This document shows, one piece after another, positions 30,406-41,121 of a stretch of DNA of 64,000 nucleotides. A program made the translations under genes and the position numbers. The notes beneath the pieces were generated by a model, which worked only from the letters and a program-made list of their open reading frames with translations, ran no database searches and was not told where the DNA came from. The DNA is from Bdellovibrionales bacterium (GTDB taxonomy: Bacteria > Bdellovibrionota > Bdellovibrionia > Bdellovibrionales > JAUICD01): contig OZ253553.1 of the NCBI GenBank assembly GCA_965262715.1, positions 1,472,001-1,536,000 on the forward strand, given 5' to 3'. Within the stretch, counting starts at the first letter, position 1. Each line of letters begins with the position of its first letter.

Positions 30406-31341
30406 TTAACGTACTCCTCTAACCCGTCTTCTCCAAAAACTTCTTCTATTGTTGCTATTATAGTTTGTGATTAATTGATGCAGATGCGCTGAAACTTCAG
30501 TAGAATTGTTTGATACAGGGCAGTTAAACTTATCCTCCACAGTCAATGACCTATTACTTCCTGAGTCAGTAAATTTTAAACTATCCTCTCTAAATCTTTT
30601 GTGGTGCTTAGCAATCAAATTATCACTATAATTTTCATTTGATGAAATTGTATCGGATAGTATGTGTTCTCTTGCATCATAATCCTTCCCTTGATCAAAA
30701 TCAGTTTTAACCTTGTATTTATAATAAGGTTCGTGTTTTGAAAGAAAATCTCCTAATTTATTCAGATCACTATAGATTGGATTATCAGAAGAAAGAAGTG
30801 TTTGCATGCCTTCATAATCAGTAACCAGGCCTCCACAAAACTCCATTTTATTTTTGCTATTGTCACTTCCACTCTGACTATTTATCTGAGTGTGAAATTC
30901 ACTATCCCGACGGCATCTATCTTCGTTTCTTCTCCTATAGTCTTCATTACTACAATAAGCTATACGCTCAGATGATGTATCACATAAGGCTTCATGACAT
31001 CTCTTTAATAGCAATTCTAGACGGGACTCAATAAAAGGTTTTATATTTTCCCAGTGAGGGATTGTATCATTAGAATTACTACTGGAACATACATAATGCT
31101 GTTTTAAAACAGACTGCACAGCTACTAAGGAGGCAAGTCCATCTTTATCTTCAACCTCTTTTTTACAGCTTGTTGCTTGTCCACGTCTATTTTGACATTC
31201 AAATTCAAAGATTAACTTTGTATTATCACCTTTTTTCTCAATTTGAACCAATCCCGGCTCTGGATTCCAATTTGTACCTTGACTCCAAACTACTGGACTG
31301 ATGATTATAAAAGACATAATTAAAGATAGTGATAATTTCAT
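30406..31341 (-). CDS. Exported Cys-containing hypothetical protein
   Basis: Signal peptide; paralogous to the downstream gene; overlaps the upstream gene by 4 bp. Confidence 0.7.
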   Translation of the reverse strand: MKLSLSLIMSFIIISPVVWSQGTNWNPEPGLVQIEKKGDNTKLIFEFECQNRRGQATSCKKEVEDKDGLASLVAVQSVLKQHYVCSSSNSNDTIPHWENIKPFIESRLELLLKRCHEALCDTSSERIAYCSNEDYRRRNEDRCRRDSEFHTQINSQSGSDNSKNKMEFCGGLVTDYEGMQTLLSSDNPIYSDLNKLGDFLSKHEPYYKYKVKTDFDQGKDYDAREHILSDTISSNENYSDNLIAKHHKRFREDSLKFTDSGSNRSLTVEDKFNCPVSNNSTEVSAHLHQLITNYNSNNRRSFWRRRVRGVR

Positions 31342-31637
31342 TTTTGAGCTCTCTTAGACTCACTAGCTGATTTTCTACTTGCAGATTTTATAGAGATGGC
31401 ATCGCTTGGAATACCTATTTGTATTCTACGGCCTATTTTTTTATTAAGCCTTTCCTTAAGCTCAGCACTCAACTCTGATGCACGAATTAAAGTAAGCTCT
31501 GGCTCTTTATCGACTTTCACTGTATAGATGCCTTTTTTGTAAGATACAATCATTCCACGAACATAAACATTCATATCAGCAAAGCATTTCTGCGCTATGA
31601 AGAATATACATAAAAATGCCAATATTTTATAGGTCAT
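31338..31637 (-). CDS. Small exported hypothetical protein
   Basis: Signal peptide ending CFA; first gene of a tightly coupled three-gene unit. Confidence 0.6.
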   Translation of the reverse strand: MTYKILAFLCIFFIAQKCFADMNVYVRGMIVSYKKGIYTVKVDKEPELTLIRASELSAELKERLNKKIGRRIQIGIPSDAISIKSASRKSASESKRAQK

Positions 31638-32000
31638 ACTACATCACTTAATAGTTTATAAAACTTCAATATCCTTTATCGAGAAGTATTAAATAAAACT
31701 TTAGGATTTTCTTCAAATTTCAAATAATAAGTAAGAAATTTCAGGCTTATAAACTGGTGTGTAACTTCTTGTTTAAACCTTCTCAATAAATAGAGGGTCA
31801 GTTACTACTTCGTCATAACTACTTTATATTTACATTTTCAAATCCTAGAGCTAATGAAAAACTTGTACTTTATCCATTGTAACAGGAATAGCCCTCACTT
31901 CTTTGACTTTGAGGGTTTGGCTTAAGGTATTAAGTTTTTCTTAATATTATTAACTGACCTTAGGCAAAAACTCTTCAATAAAGAGAACTTGATTTAAGTT

Positions 32001-32294
32001 TCAAGTATTTTTACACAATTTATATAGAAAGGCCCCTATTTTATCAGCTTCTTTTATTAACTTTTGATGGTTAACAAGAGTTAGTATTGCTTGTACTTCC
32101 CTCAGAGAACCTAAACTAATCTCATAGAACTTCTTACGTTCCTTATGACTAGACTTAGCAGATCCTTCAGCTAGATTGAGTACAATGCTAAGCGTAGCTC
32201 TTTGAAACTGATTCTTCATAGGCCCTCTTAAACTTAAGCTGTTAGATTTATGATAGAATTGAATTGCTAATTGATAAGTTTTAAATTTTTTCAT
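32001..32294 (-). CDS. Four-helix-bundle protein (TIGR02436 / '23S rRNA IVS protein' / bAvd-like)
   Basis: QF.RA.LSIVLNLAEGS.K.S.KER.KFY.IS.GSL.EVQ; ATG at 32294 with AAGGAG RBS (the ORF-track start at 32414 is unlikely). Confidence 0.88.
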   Translation of the reverse strand: MKKFKTYQLAIQFYHKSNSLSLRGPMKNQFQRATLSIVLNLAEGSAKSSHKERKKFYEISLGSLREVQAILTLVNHQKLIKEADKIGAFLYKLCKNT

Positions 32295-32356
32295 AATTTT
32301 TTTCTCCTTTACCCTTTGGTGGGAGAAAAAAATTAAGGAAAAGTTCAAAACAAACA

Positions 32357-32397
32357 GATTGCCAGTTTCCCGGGATTCCCGGTTTCCCGGACTACAG
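32357..32397 (-). repeat. Degenerate 8-bp tandem repeat upstream of the four-helix-bundle gene
   Basis: Sense strand CGGGAAAC CGGGAATC C CGGGAAAC TGGCAATC; GC-rich against an AT-rich background. Confidence 0.65.
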
Positions 32398-32557
32398 AGA
32401 TAGCAATTAAGCAAGGTTTAACTTAGGTAAATCAGTAAACAACAACAAACCTCTTAAAATTACAAAAGTTGCATAAGATGAGTTATCACCTCCCCCTCCC
32501 TTTTTTTTATAAGTAGAATCAAAACAATAACCCTATGATATATGGCTTGCTATCATG

Positions 32558-34084
32558 CTAATGAGCTTGATGATCATTACTGTTAAAGATAGCTTTGAAC
32601 TCATCTAAAGCAAGTTCTAACTTCTTTTTCAAATCATCTGTTAATTGTTTTTTGGATTTGATCCCTGGTAAAACATCCGAATGCTTCTGCTTTAAAAAAT
32701 CTAATAATTCTATCTCGTATTTTTGAACCTCATCATTGCGAATATCATCCATATATCCATTTATCCCTGCAAAAATCACAGCTACCTGTTCTTCCACATG
32801 CCACGGGGCATATTGAGCCTGCTTGAGCATCTCCACTAGCTTTTCACCACGGTTCAGCTGTGCCTGAGTGGTCTTGTCCAAGTCAGATCCAAAAGCAGCA
32901 AATGCCTCAAGCTCCCTAAACTGAGCAAGGTCAAGCTTGAGAGTTCCTGCTACCTGCTTCATAGCCTTGATCTGTGCATTTCCACCCACACGAGAAACTG
33001 AAATACCCACATTCACAGCAGGACGAATACCTTTATAAAACAAATTGGATTCTAAGAAGATCTGTCCATCCGTAATAGAAATCACATTCGTAGGAATATA
33101 GGCTGAGACATCATCCGCTTGAGTCTCTATAATAGGCAGTGCTGTAAGAGATCCACCTCCATCCTTATCACTCATCTTGGCTGCGCGCTCTAAAAGCCGA
33201 GAGTGCAAATAAAAAACATCACCAGGATAAGCTTCACGCCCAGGAGGACGCCTTAATAACAAAGACACTTGTCTATATGCCTGAGCCTGCTTGGTGAGAT
33301 CATCATAAATGATCAAAGCATGCATGCCATTATCCCTAAACCACTCTCCAATAGCACACCCTGAATACGCAGATAAAAACTGCATCGGAGCAGAAATAGA
33401 GGCACTTGCAGAAACTACAACTGTATACTCTAATGCACCTGATGCTTTCAACTTCTCTACCACTTGCGCTACAGTTGATTGCTTTTGTCCTATTGCCACA
33501 TAAACACAAAAAACATCCTGACCCTTCTGATTGATAATTGTGTCAATAGCTACTGCTGTCTTGCCTGTCTGTCGGTCACCAATAATTAACTCCCTCTGAC
33601 CTCGACCAATAGGGATCATCGCATCAATAGCCTTAATACCTGTCTGAAGAGGCTCGTTAACAGGCTGCCTTTTAACAATACCTGGAGCTTTAAGCTCTAC
33701 TAAACGAAACTCAGAAGATGAAATAGCACCTAAACCATCTAAAGGATTTCCAAGCGGATCAACCACTCGACCACAAAGAGATTTTCCAACAGGCACTTGA
33801 ACAATTCTTTGAGTTCTTTTAACAGTGTCACCCTCTTTGATATGATAATCATCACCAAAAATCACAACCCCTACACAGCTGCTCTCTAAATTCAAGGCCA
33901 TGCCATAAATATCGCCCGGAAACTCAACGATCTCTCCAGCCATAACATTATCTAATCCATAAACAGTGGCCACACCATCTCCCACAGATAAAACACTACC
34001 TGTTTCAGTCACCTCTAACTTCGCACTGTATTTTTGGATCTGCTCTTTTAAAATATTTGTCATTTCGTCAGCTTGAATTTTCAC
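32558..34084 (-). CDS. atpA: F1 ATP synthase subunit alpha
   Basis: [46 protein letters not shown]. Confidence 0.99.
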   Translation of the reverse strand: MKIQADEMTNILKEQIQKYSAKLEVTETGSVLSVGDGVATVYGLDNVMAGEIVEFPGDIYGMALNLESSCVGVVIFGDDYHIKEGDTVKRTQRIVQVPVGKSLCGRVVDPLGNPLDGLGAISSSEFRLVELKAPGIVKRQPVNEPLQTGIKAIDAMIPIGRGQRELIIGDRQTGKTAVAIDTIINQKGQDVFCVYVAIGQKQSTVAQVVEKLKASGALEYTVVVSASASISAPMQFLSAYSGCAIGEWFRDNGMHALIIYDDLTKQAQAYRQVSLLLRRPPGREAYPGDVFYLHSRLLERAAKMSDKDGGGSLTALPIIETQADDVSAYIPTNVISITDGQIFLESNLFYKGIRPAVNVGISVSRVGGNAQIKAMKQVAGTLKLDLAQFRELEAFAAFGSDLDKTTQAQLNRGEKLVEMLKQAQYAPWHVEEQVAVIFAGINGYMDDIRNDEVQKYEIELLDFLKQKHSDVLPGIKSKKQLTDDLKKKLELALDEFKAIFNSNDHQAH

Positions 34085-34164
34085 AAAATATCTCCCTTTT
34101 TTGTTTCACTAAAATGCATCTGATTTTTCGAGGTCAACCTTTAGCACATTCTTAATTTTACACC

Positions 34165-34761
34165 TTACACCTTCTTTAAATGTTCTTTTAGCATTACTAA
34201 TTGATTTGCAATTGTTCCATCAAATAACAATCCATCTAATTTTATCAAGATACCTCCTAAAAGAGATGGACGTTTAAAATATTTAAAATCAACTTGTTTT
34301 TTTAACCTGTCAACCATAGCTTTTTCAACCTGAACCCTCTCCTCTGTGCTCAAGTCATAGTAAGAGAAAACCTGACCTCTTATAAGATTTTTCTGCCTAT
34401 CATGTCTATCCCTAAAAGCAGTTATAATTTCTAAAATATTGTCTATTCGATTTTTATGAAGTAAAAATTTTAAAAAATCCACGGAAATAGCTGATACCAA
34501 ACCCTGTTGCACCCCAAAAACATCGTCAATAAGTCTTCTTTTTTGCTCTATAGTCAGTAAAGGCCCAGAAAGTAAAGTAAACATTTTACTTTTTTGATAC
34601 CTATCAGATACCCCATCCGTTTCTTGCTCCATCGAAGACTCTGTTAAAACTTGTAAAAACATTTTAAAATCTTTTAAAACAATGTCTACTTGATCCTTGC
34701 TGGCCACAAGTTCGTAAAAAGCCTTTGCATATCTTTGAGAAACTTCTGTCAACCACATCAC
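34165..34761 (-). CDS. atpH: F1 ATP synthase subunit delta
   Basis: RYAKAF N-terminus, SLLGG......DGT...QL; position upstream of atpA. Confidence 0.88.
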   Translation of the reverse strand: MMWLTEVSQRYAKAFYELVASKDQVDIVLKDFKMFLQVLTESSMEQETDGVSDRYQKSKMFTLLSGPLLTIEQKRRLIDDVFGVQQGLVSAISVDFLKFLLHKNRIDNILEIITAFRDRHDRQKNLIRGQVFSYYDLSTEERVQVEKAMVDRLKKQVDFKYFKRPSLLGGILIKLDGLLFDGTIANQLVMLKEHLKKV

Positions 34762-35432
34762 TTTAGAGATACCTCAAACTTTCTGATCAAAGCCTTTTTA
34801 TCTTCATCTGTTACGCTCCTTGATATCTCACTTTGAATCCTATCTATGATTTTCTCTACAAACCCTGCTTGTATAAGCCTCTTTGTCCTCTTGTGCTCTA
34901 AGTCTAAAAGAGTTTGAGCCGACTGCTGAATCCTTTCAGCCTCTAGGTGAGCTTCATCCAACATACGAGCTTTTGTTGCGCTAGCCTCCTGCCTTGCTTT
35001 TTTAATTTGATCTTCTGTCGTCAAATTAATCTGCTCAAGCTTTTGCTGGTAATCCTTATAAGATGATTCTATTTCCTCCCGCTCTCTTCTAGCTGCCTTA
35101 AATTGCTTTTGAAATAAATCAAATCTGCTCTGGTAAAAACTCTTTACCTTATCTTTCAACAAGTAAAATAAAAGACCCGCAAAAAGTAAAAAATTCAAAA
35201 CTTGGTAAAAAACAACCTTTGGTGGACCTCCATGATCTCCTTCCTCATGAGCAGTTTCCGCAGCCGCCAAAGCGGTACTTGCCAAATCATCGGATTGCCG
35301 GACTGCCTGACTGCCTGACTGCCCGATTGCCTGAAGAGAGGCATCTCCATATATAGAAACACCCAAAACAATCAGCACAAAAAAGATATGGCTAAAAGTT
35401 TGTAAAGATAAGATGCTTTTTAAATTTACCAT
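34758..35432 (-). CDS. atpF: F0 ATP synthase subunit b, with repeat-derived N-terminal insert
   Basis: QVLNFLLFAGLLFYLL TM segment followed by coiled coil; operon position. Confidence 0.85.
   Translation of the reverse strand: MVNLKSILSLQTFSHIFFVLIVLGVSIYGDASLQAIGQSGSQAVRQSDDLASTALAAAETAHEEGDHGGPPKVVFYQVLNFLLFAGLLFYLLKDKVKSFYQSRFDLFQKQFKAARREREEIESSYKDYQQKLEQINLTTEDQIKKARQEASATKARMLDEAHLEAERIQQSAQTLLDLEHKRTKRLIQAGFVEKIIDRIQSEISRSVTDEDKKALIRKFEVSLK
35293..35332 (-). repeat. 5 x 8-bp NGGCARTC tandem repeat inside atpF
   Basis: Sense AGGCAATC GGGCAGTC AGGCAGTC AGGCAGTC CGGCAATC, encoding QAIGQSGSQAVRQS. Confidence 0.85.
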
Positions 35433-35442
35433 AAACCCTACT

Positions 35443-35877
35443 CTATCTATTTAATATTTTGTCAATAGCCATACTGGCCAATTGAGGAATGCCTTTTTCT
35501 AATTTTTCTTTAGTGTCTTGCTGTTCTAATTGCCTTTGTTTTCTTGTTTCAGTTATAGTGTTTTTCACTTGCCTTTTCGCTTCTAATAATTTTTCACTAC
35601 AATCTTCAGTCGCTTCACTTTTAACTTCAATAAAGATACCTTGAATTTGACCATGCAGTTTGCGAAGTTTAGATTCATATTCATCTTTTATTTTTTTTAT
35701 CTCTGCAAGTTTTTGCTCTTTATCCTCTTGATTTCCAAGTACGAGTGTTTCCCGATGTTTATAAAGCTCAAACAAAGGCTTGAATACAAGAAAGTGCATG
35801 ATTGAATACACAACTAAAAAAATGGCTATCTGGATAAATAATGTAGAATCAATACCTAACTTTGTAAATATTTCCAT
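35443..35877 (-). CDS. F0 ATP synthase subunit b'
   Basis: LGIDSTLFIQIAIFLVVY..M.FLVFKP TM segment plus coiled coil; start taken at MEIFTK. Confidence 0.85.
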   Translation of the reverse strand: MEIFTKLGIDSTLFIQIAIFLVVYSIMHFLVFKPLFELYKHRETLVLGNQEDKEQKLAEIKKIKDEYESKLRKLHGQIQGIFIEVKSEATEDCSEKLLEAKRQVKNTITETRKQRQLEQQDTKEKLEKGIPQLASMAIDKILNR

Positions 35878-35965
35878 ATCTTTATACTCTTTAGATTTTT
35901 TTATAAGATACTTGTAAACACTCATCTATACAAATAAAGTGTCTATATATAAAGGTCAATGATTA

Positions 35966-37387
35966 ATGAGAAATAACAAGACGCACCCTTTATTACAACC
36001 TCAAAAAATAGCACAAGCTATGGCAGCTCACCTCCATACTTATCCCAAAAAACCCATACAAAGCATTACAACTGATTCAAGACAAAATTGCCAAAACAAA
36101 TTATTTTTTCCACTTAAAGGCGAAAATTTCGATGGGCACAATTACCTTAAAGATGCAATAAAAGCAGGGGCAAGTGCTATTATCTGCCAAAAAAACCAAC
36201 AGATACCAAAAAATATTCCTCAATCTATAGGAGTCTTTTATGTAGATGATTGTCTTTTAGCTTATCAAGACCTAGCTAAATATTTTCGCCAAGAATTTCA
36301 TCCCACTGTTGTAGCCATTACAGGCTCAAATGGAAAAACCAGCACAAAAGAGTTTCTTGCCACAATTATAAAAGAGTCACACAAACCTTTAGTATCTAAA
36401 GGCAATTTTAATAATCATATTGGTGTGCCACACACTCTCTTGCAAATAACACCAGAAACAAAAACAGTTATACTAGAAATAGGCATGAACCATCTTGATG
36501 AAATCAAAAATCTTACACTTCTATCAGACCCAAATATAGCTCTTATCACAAATGTGGGTAGAGCTCACTTGCAAGGGCTTCAAAAAATAGAAAATATAGC
36601 AACTGCTAAAGAGGAGATCTACAAATATTCTAAAAAAGAAACTATTAAAATTTTTAATTTAGATAATGACTGGACACAAAAAATGTATGAACACTATCAA
36701 TCCCTATCTCCTACTTTAACTTTTTCCTTTTCTGATAACAAAAAAGCAGATGTATGCTTTCAAATAAAAACCATAGCTCTTGAACATCTTGAACTTTCAG
36801 GAAGGATCCAAGATGTCAAAGGAGAAGCTACTGTACCTGTTGCAGGAGAACACCATCTCCATAATTTAATGGCAGCAACATGCGCTAGCCTCGCCTTAGA
36901 AGTTTCACCTTCACAAATCTGGGAGAGGTTGCCAAAGTGCCATGGAGTATGGGGCCGCACTCAAGTCGTTACTCTAAAAAACAAAGTAAAGGTTATCTTT
37001 GATGCCTATAATGCCAATCCTGATAGTATGAAAGCTCTTTTAAATCATATCATGAAATGCAAAATTTCAGGAAAACTTCATATCTGCTTGGGAGATATGT
37101 TAGAGCTGGGGCCCAAATCAGACATTTTTCATAGATTATTAGGACAACAAGTTGCACAGGTTGTATCTTCAACAACTGTGGGTGTTATTGCCTTTATAGG
37201 TCAATTTGGAAGAGCTTTCCATGAAGGACTTGAGGCAGGAGGAGTGAAAAAACCTATTTTTCTTTTAGATAAGTACAACTCTTCTCTTGCCGATGATATA
37301 GATTCACAACTTCAATCTAGAGATACTTTAATAATGAAAGCTTCTAGAGGCATTCAACTTGAAAAACTATTAGAAGATTTATCTTAA
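35966..37387 (+). CDS. murF: UDP-MurNAc-tripeptide:D-Ala-D-Ala ligase
   Basis: TDSR, GENFDGH, AITGSNGKTSTK, GNFNNHIGVP, EIGMNH, DAYNANPDSM, GDMLELG, KASRG. Confidence 0.97.
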   Translation: MRNNKTHPLLQPQKIAQAMAAHLHTYPKKPIQSITTDSRQNCQNKLFFPLKGENFDGHNYLKDAIKAGASAIICQKNQQIPKNIPQSIGVFYVDDCLLAYQDLAKYFRQEFHPTVVAITGSNGKTSTKEFLATIIKESHKPLVSKGNFNNHIGVPHTLLQITPETKTVILEIGMNHLDEIKNLTLLSDPNIALITNVGRAHLQGLQKIENIATAKEEIYKYSKKETIKIFNLDNDWTQKMYEHYQSLSPTLTFSFSDNKKADVCFQIKTIALEHLELSGRIQDVKGEATVPVAGEHHLHNLMAATCASLALEVSPSQIWERLPKCHGVWGRTQVVTLKNKVKVIFDAYNANPDSMKALLNHIMKCKISGKLHICLGDMLELGPKSDIFHRLLGQQVAQVVSSTTVGVIAFIGQFGRAFHEGLEAGGVKKPIFLLDKYNSSLADDIDSQLQSRDTLIMKASRGIQLEKLLEDLS

Positions 37388-37438
37388 ATTAAAAACCAAA
37401 ACCTCAATTGTATAAAAATAAAAGCTTAAAATAAAACT

Positions 37439-38764
37439 TTAGGGTTGTTGTGCTTGATTCCTTAAGGCCTCTAGGTCATAGTTGCATGACAAAGCATGAA
37501 GAGTGTAACGATCAATATCCAAAAGATTATCAAAGTAAGATGCAGGATTATTAGGATCCATTCCTTCAGCAATATTATACCACATTAAAGGTATTTGAGT
37601 TTGATCCGTAACATCTATGTCATCTTTAAAAAGATTCGCTAAACCTAAGGTATGCCCCATCTCATGTTTTAAGACATTTTTAAAATAAATGATAAAGTTC
37701 TCCCCATTATCTGCTAAAAGCTCAAAATTAAATCGTGTAGAACCTTGTTCAATCACTGAAATAACTATGAGACGTATATTATTAAAATATTCTGCTGAAG
37801 GAGATTCAACATTTGCAAGCAACTGACTATATATATCATCATCCAATATATTATGCTGTTTTTGGAATTCAAATAGTTCTATAGCAATTTCTCGAAATTC
37901 TGCATCAGTCACATTTTGAACTTCAGCCACTAACAGCTTATTTGTACTTGTAAAAACTTCAAAATCAGTTTGATAATTTGAGGGCATTACTATATCGAAA
38001 AGTTCCATGGTCTTTTCTCGATTCTTTTTAGACAACTGGCTATCAGGAAAAATAAGTCCATTCATAAATACATTTGTCTCATCAAAAGGCAGACGATTAG
38101 ACTCATCAATGGAATTTATTAGAGAAGGCAACACACAACTTACAACTCCAACTGTACCTCCAAATATACTTTGATCTGTAGGCATCACCCAATAAATAAC
38201 ATTTTTTTGATCGCTTTCATCTATTTGGCTCTTAGAAGTAATGATACCTTGAGAGTCATAAATGCCCTTGTTCGTAAAAACTTCAAATCCAGCTTCTCTA
38301 TTCCAATCTGAAAACACCTCATTAATAGGTTCTATAAGTTTCTCAGGCATATTGCTATCAATATAAAATTCTACAGGAAACTTTCTTTGATACAAGCGCA
38401 AATCACGAACTTCTTTAGGTATACCTTCTATAATTTCTATAATTTCTGTAGGTTCTATAATTGTGTCCATAAGCATTCCTGCAAGATGAGATCCTTTTTG
38501 TACAAATTGACATGCATCTTTTTCAAAATATCCTTGTACTTCCTGGCTTGCCTTCTGTGAATCTACTTTATCCGAAGCACCATTGTTTCCTGAAGCCCGA
38601 CCAGGCACAGTGGGAACTTTAGGTTGAGTTTCCCTACTAGAACAACCTTGTAAAAATAAAACTAAAGTGACAATTAAAATATATATTGAAAATATTCCTC
38701 TCATAAAACGAGGCTTAACAAAATCTAAAGCAAAGTCAAGTTGAATTAAGATTCTTATAAACAA
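37439..38764 (-). CDS. Putative lipoprotein, matrixin-like zinc metallopeptidase
   Basis: LQGC lipobox; HEMGHTLGL; downstream LM (Met-turn-like). The third His appears replaced (LAN). Confidence 0.65.
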   Translation of the reverse strand: MFIRILIQLDFALDFVKPRFMRGIFSIYILIVTLVLFLQGCSSRETQPKVPTVPGRASGNNGASDKVDSQKASQEVQGYFEKDACQFVQKGSHLAGMLMDTIIEPTEIIEIIEGIPKEVRDLRLYQRKFPVEFYIDSNMPEKLIEPINEVFSDWNREAGFEVFTNKGIYDSQGIITSKSQIDESDQKNVIYWVMPTDQSIFGGTVGVVSCVLPSLINSIDESNRLPFDETNVFMNGLIFPDSQLSKKNREKTMELFDIVMPSNYQTDFEVFTSTNKLLVAEVQNVTDAEFREIAIELFEFQKQHNILDDDIYSQLLANVESPSAEYFNNIRLIVISVIEQGSTRFNFELLADNGENFIIYFKNVLKHEMGHTLGLANLFKDDIDVTDQTQIPLMWYNIAEGMDPNNPASYFDNLLDIDRYTLHALSCNYDLEALRNQAQQP

Positions 38765-39160
38765 TCATACTCATCATCCAATAATAACTTAGCAAATTCA
38801 AATGTTATACTGTTACTTATGTACTTGGTAATACAATAACGGTGGCTTACTATTTTAACTCACAAAAGTAAAATGCAAAACTTACTTTTGAGGCTACTTC
38901 TATAAACTTTTTAACCCTACATATCTTAACTACACCTATTTAATACAATTAGCCCACAAACACAAGGACTAAATACAAATGGTCATACCTCATAAGGTCA
39001 CTACATAATAATGCCTTATCAGTTCTTGGACAAACCATTTTATATCAATAAAATTATGCGTAATATAATATAAACCAATTTAATACCTTATTTAAGTTTT
39101 ATCTTACTTGACGAGCATCTTTTAACTTCTTAGCCTTAATTAAGGTCAATACTTGAAAAT

Positions 39161-40174
39161 GTGAGCACAGGAAGTAATTTTGAGATGAGTTCTAAAAAAT
39201 CACTACTTACTTTATCAGTTTTGTTATTTCTAAATACCTCTGCTTATTCTCAAAGAATTCGTAATGTATTTTCAGAGATCTTTTTGAGAGACCTTCATCA
39301 AGTTAGATCATTTATAAATAACGGAGGAGATGTTAATACAACAAGATATACAGGTGAAACACTTCTTCATTATTCAATTTTTTTTGGATATAATCAAACC
39401 GCAATGGCACTTATAGAAGCAGGAGCTGATATAAATCAACAAGATGCTGCTGGACGAACTGCTCTTTATTGGACCATCTTTTTAAGAAACCAAGAAGTAA
39501 CAAAAATCCTAATAGAAAGAAATGCAGAGCTTATACCTAATTCAGATGGTTCTAAAAAGTTTCATCCTATTAGCCTTACCTATATTGTACCAGGTCACTG
39601 TATTGCTGATCCTTATCAAACATGGATAAATGCAGAAACGCATCCTGAATTTTTACCTTATATTGAAAGATACCTATCTGCTAAAAAAGAAACAATAGGT
39701 CAAGAAGAATTTGATTATCCTATTAAAATTCTTTTTTACCGATCAGATAGTGAAGTTTGGAGACACATTAGCTCTTTAGCAGAAAGATACAATTTTCGAG
39801 GTAACGCTTTATGCATTCCTAATACTAGGCATATTCTTGTAAACTATGATGCATGGATCACTCTTTCTGAAAGCGCAAAAGAAACAAGTATCTTTCATGA
39901 ACTAGGACATTGTGATTTAGATCGAAATCATGAACCACTAAAGGAAACAGAATCAATAATGAGTATTTTTTATAAACAACAATTGTCTTTACAAGGAGGG
40001 ATTGACATAAATGAAGACTTAGCTCTTAAAAAAGAAATTTATGAGGAATTCTTTTCAGCTCGAGGTGATCTTGGAGAAAAATATATTGAAGGTCAACTTT
40101 ATCCTATCGGTTTAACACCTGAAGATGCTGAAGCTTGTCCTGTAAAGACAAGACTCTATTTAGACAAAATATAA
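39161..40174 (+). CDS. Exported ankyrin-repeat protein fused to an HExxH zinc-peptidase-like domain
   Basis: GETLLHYS, AGADINQQD..GRTALYW ankyrins; IFHELGHCDLDRNH and SIMS. Confidence 0.8.
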   Translation: MSTGSNFEMSSKKSLLTLSVLLFLNTSAYSQRIRNVFSEIFLRDLHQVRSFINNGGDVNTTRYTGETLLHYSIFFGYNQTAMALIEAGADINQQDAAGRTALYWTIFLRNQEVTKILIERNAELIPNSDGSKKFHPISLTYIVPGHCIADPYQTWINAETHPEFLPYIERYLSAKKETIGQEEFDYPIKILFYRSDSEVWRHISSLAERYNFRGNALCIPNTRHILVNYDAWITLSESAKETSIFHELGHCDLDRNHEPLKETESIMSIFYKQQLSLQGGIDINEDLALKKEIYEEFFSARGDLGEKYIEGQLYPIGLTPEDAEACPVKTRLYLDKI

Positions 40175-40629
40175 GTTATGAACCTAAATCAATAAACAAC
40201 AAAACTCTTAAAATTATAAAAGTTGCGTAAGGTCAATTATTGTATTCACTTCTTAAAGACCTCACAATCGGTCCAGATTTTTTAAAAGTGTTTTTTTGTG
40301 GCAATTCATGCAAAAAACATATTTCTAACACACTGTGTTATTTTAAGTTAAAGCATTATTGTAAAACACCAAAGAAGTATCGAAGTTCAAGATCAAGAGA
40401 TGATAGTTAATGTTATAGAAGTAGCAACGATGAATGGTAAATTGATTTGAGTAGAGTTTTTATGCTTGATCAAATCAGTTATTAGAAATAAAAAAGAAGT
40501 GATTCATAAATGGTTGTCAAATTTTAACTTCTTCTTTAAATTGTAGTTTAAAGAAGAATGAGTTGAACATTACAAGTGATCAATAAAAACCACAATCATA
40601 CATAAAGGTTTAGAAACGAGGATACATAA

Positions 40630-41121
40630 ATGAACAATCCGCCATCTCATCAAATGAGGAATGTATCCAATAGCATAGATAGCTTTATATTTATATTTGT
40701 ATTTGTCTTTGTCATTTTATTTTTCTTTTTAACCTTATGGCTTTTTAACAGAGGACCAATAGATGAAGCTGTTGAATCACAAGCTTCTATCTTTACATCA
40801 GAGGAAAGAACACAAAGAGATCAAACATGGTATACATCTTCTCCTGCTGTTATTGAAAAAGGGGGACAGCTTTTTGAGATTATGGTACTTGATGACTTGC
40901 GGCCCATCTTTGATCTGATAAAAGCTGGAGAGTATGGTAGTACAGAGGTAGAGTTATATCGAGTTTTAACTCATGGACTACCAGGTACAATATTCCGTAG
41001 ATGGGATTATTTACCACGTGATGTTCGTTGGCAAATGGTACATTATATACGCTCTGAAATGTCAGAACCTCAAATGGCCACAGCTGATGAGTGGGAAGCA
41101 CTTAAAGAAGAAGGTATTTAG
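40630..41121 (+). CDS. Membrane-anchored cytochrome c-like protein lacking CxxCH
   Basis: KGGQLF ... ELYRVLTHGLPGT...W..L....RWQMVHYIRS resembles class I cytochrome c; the protein has no Cys. Confidence 0.55.
   Translation: MNNPPSHQMRNVSNSIDSFIFIFVFVFVILFFFLTLWLFNRGPIDEAVESQASIFTSEERTQRDQTWYTSSPAVIEKGGQLFEIMVLDDLRPIFDLIKAGEYGSTEVELYRVLTHGLPGTIFRRWDYLPRDVRWQMVHYIRSEMSEPQMATADEWEALKEEGI

Noticed and set aside
32001..32414. Diversity-generating retroelement or 23S rRNA intervening sequence suggested by the bAvd-like gene
   Set aside because: No reverse transcriptase, no TR/VR pair with adenine-specific mismatches, and no rRNA sequence in the window.
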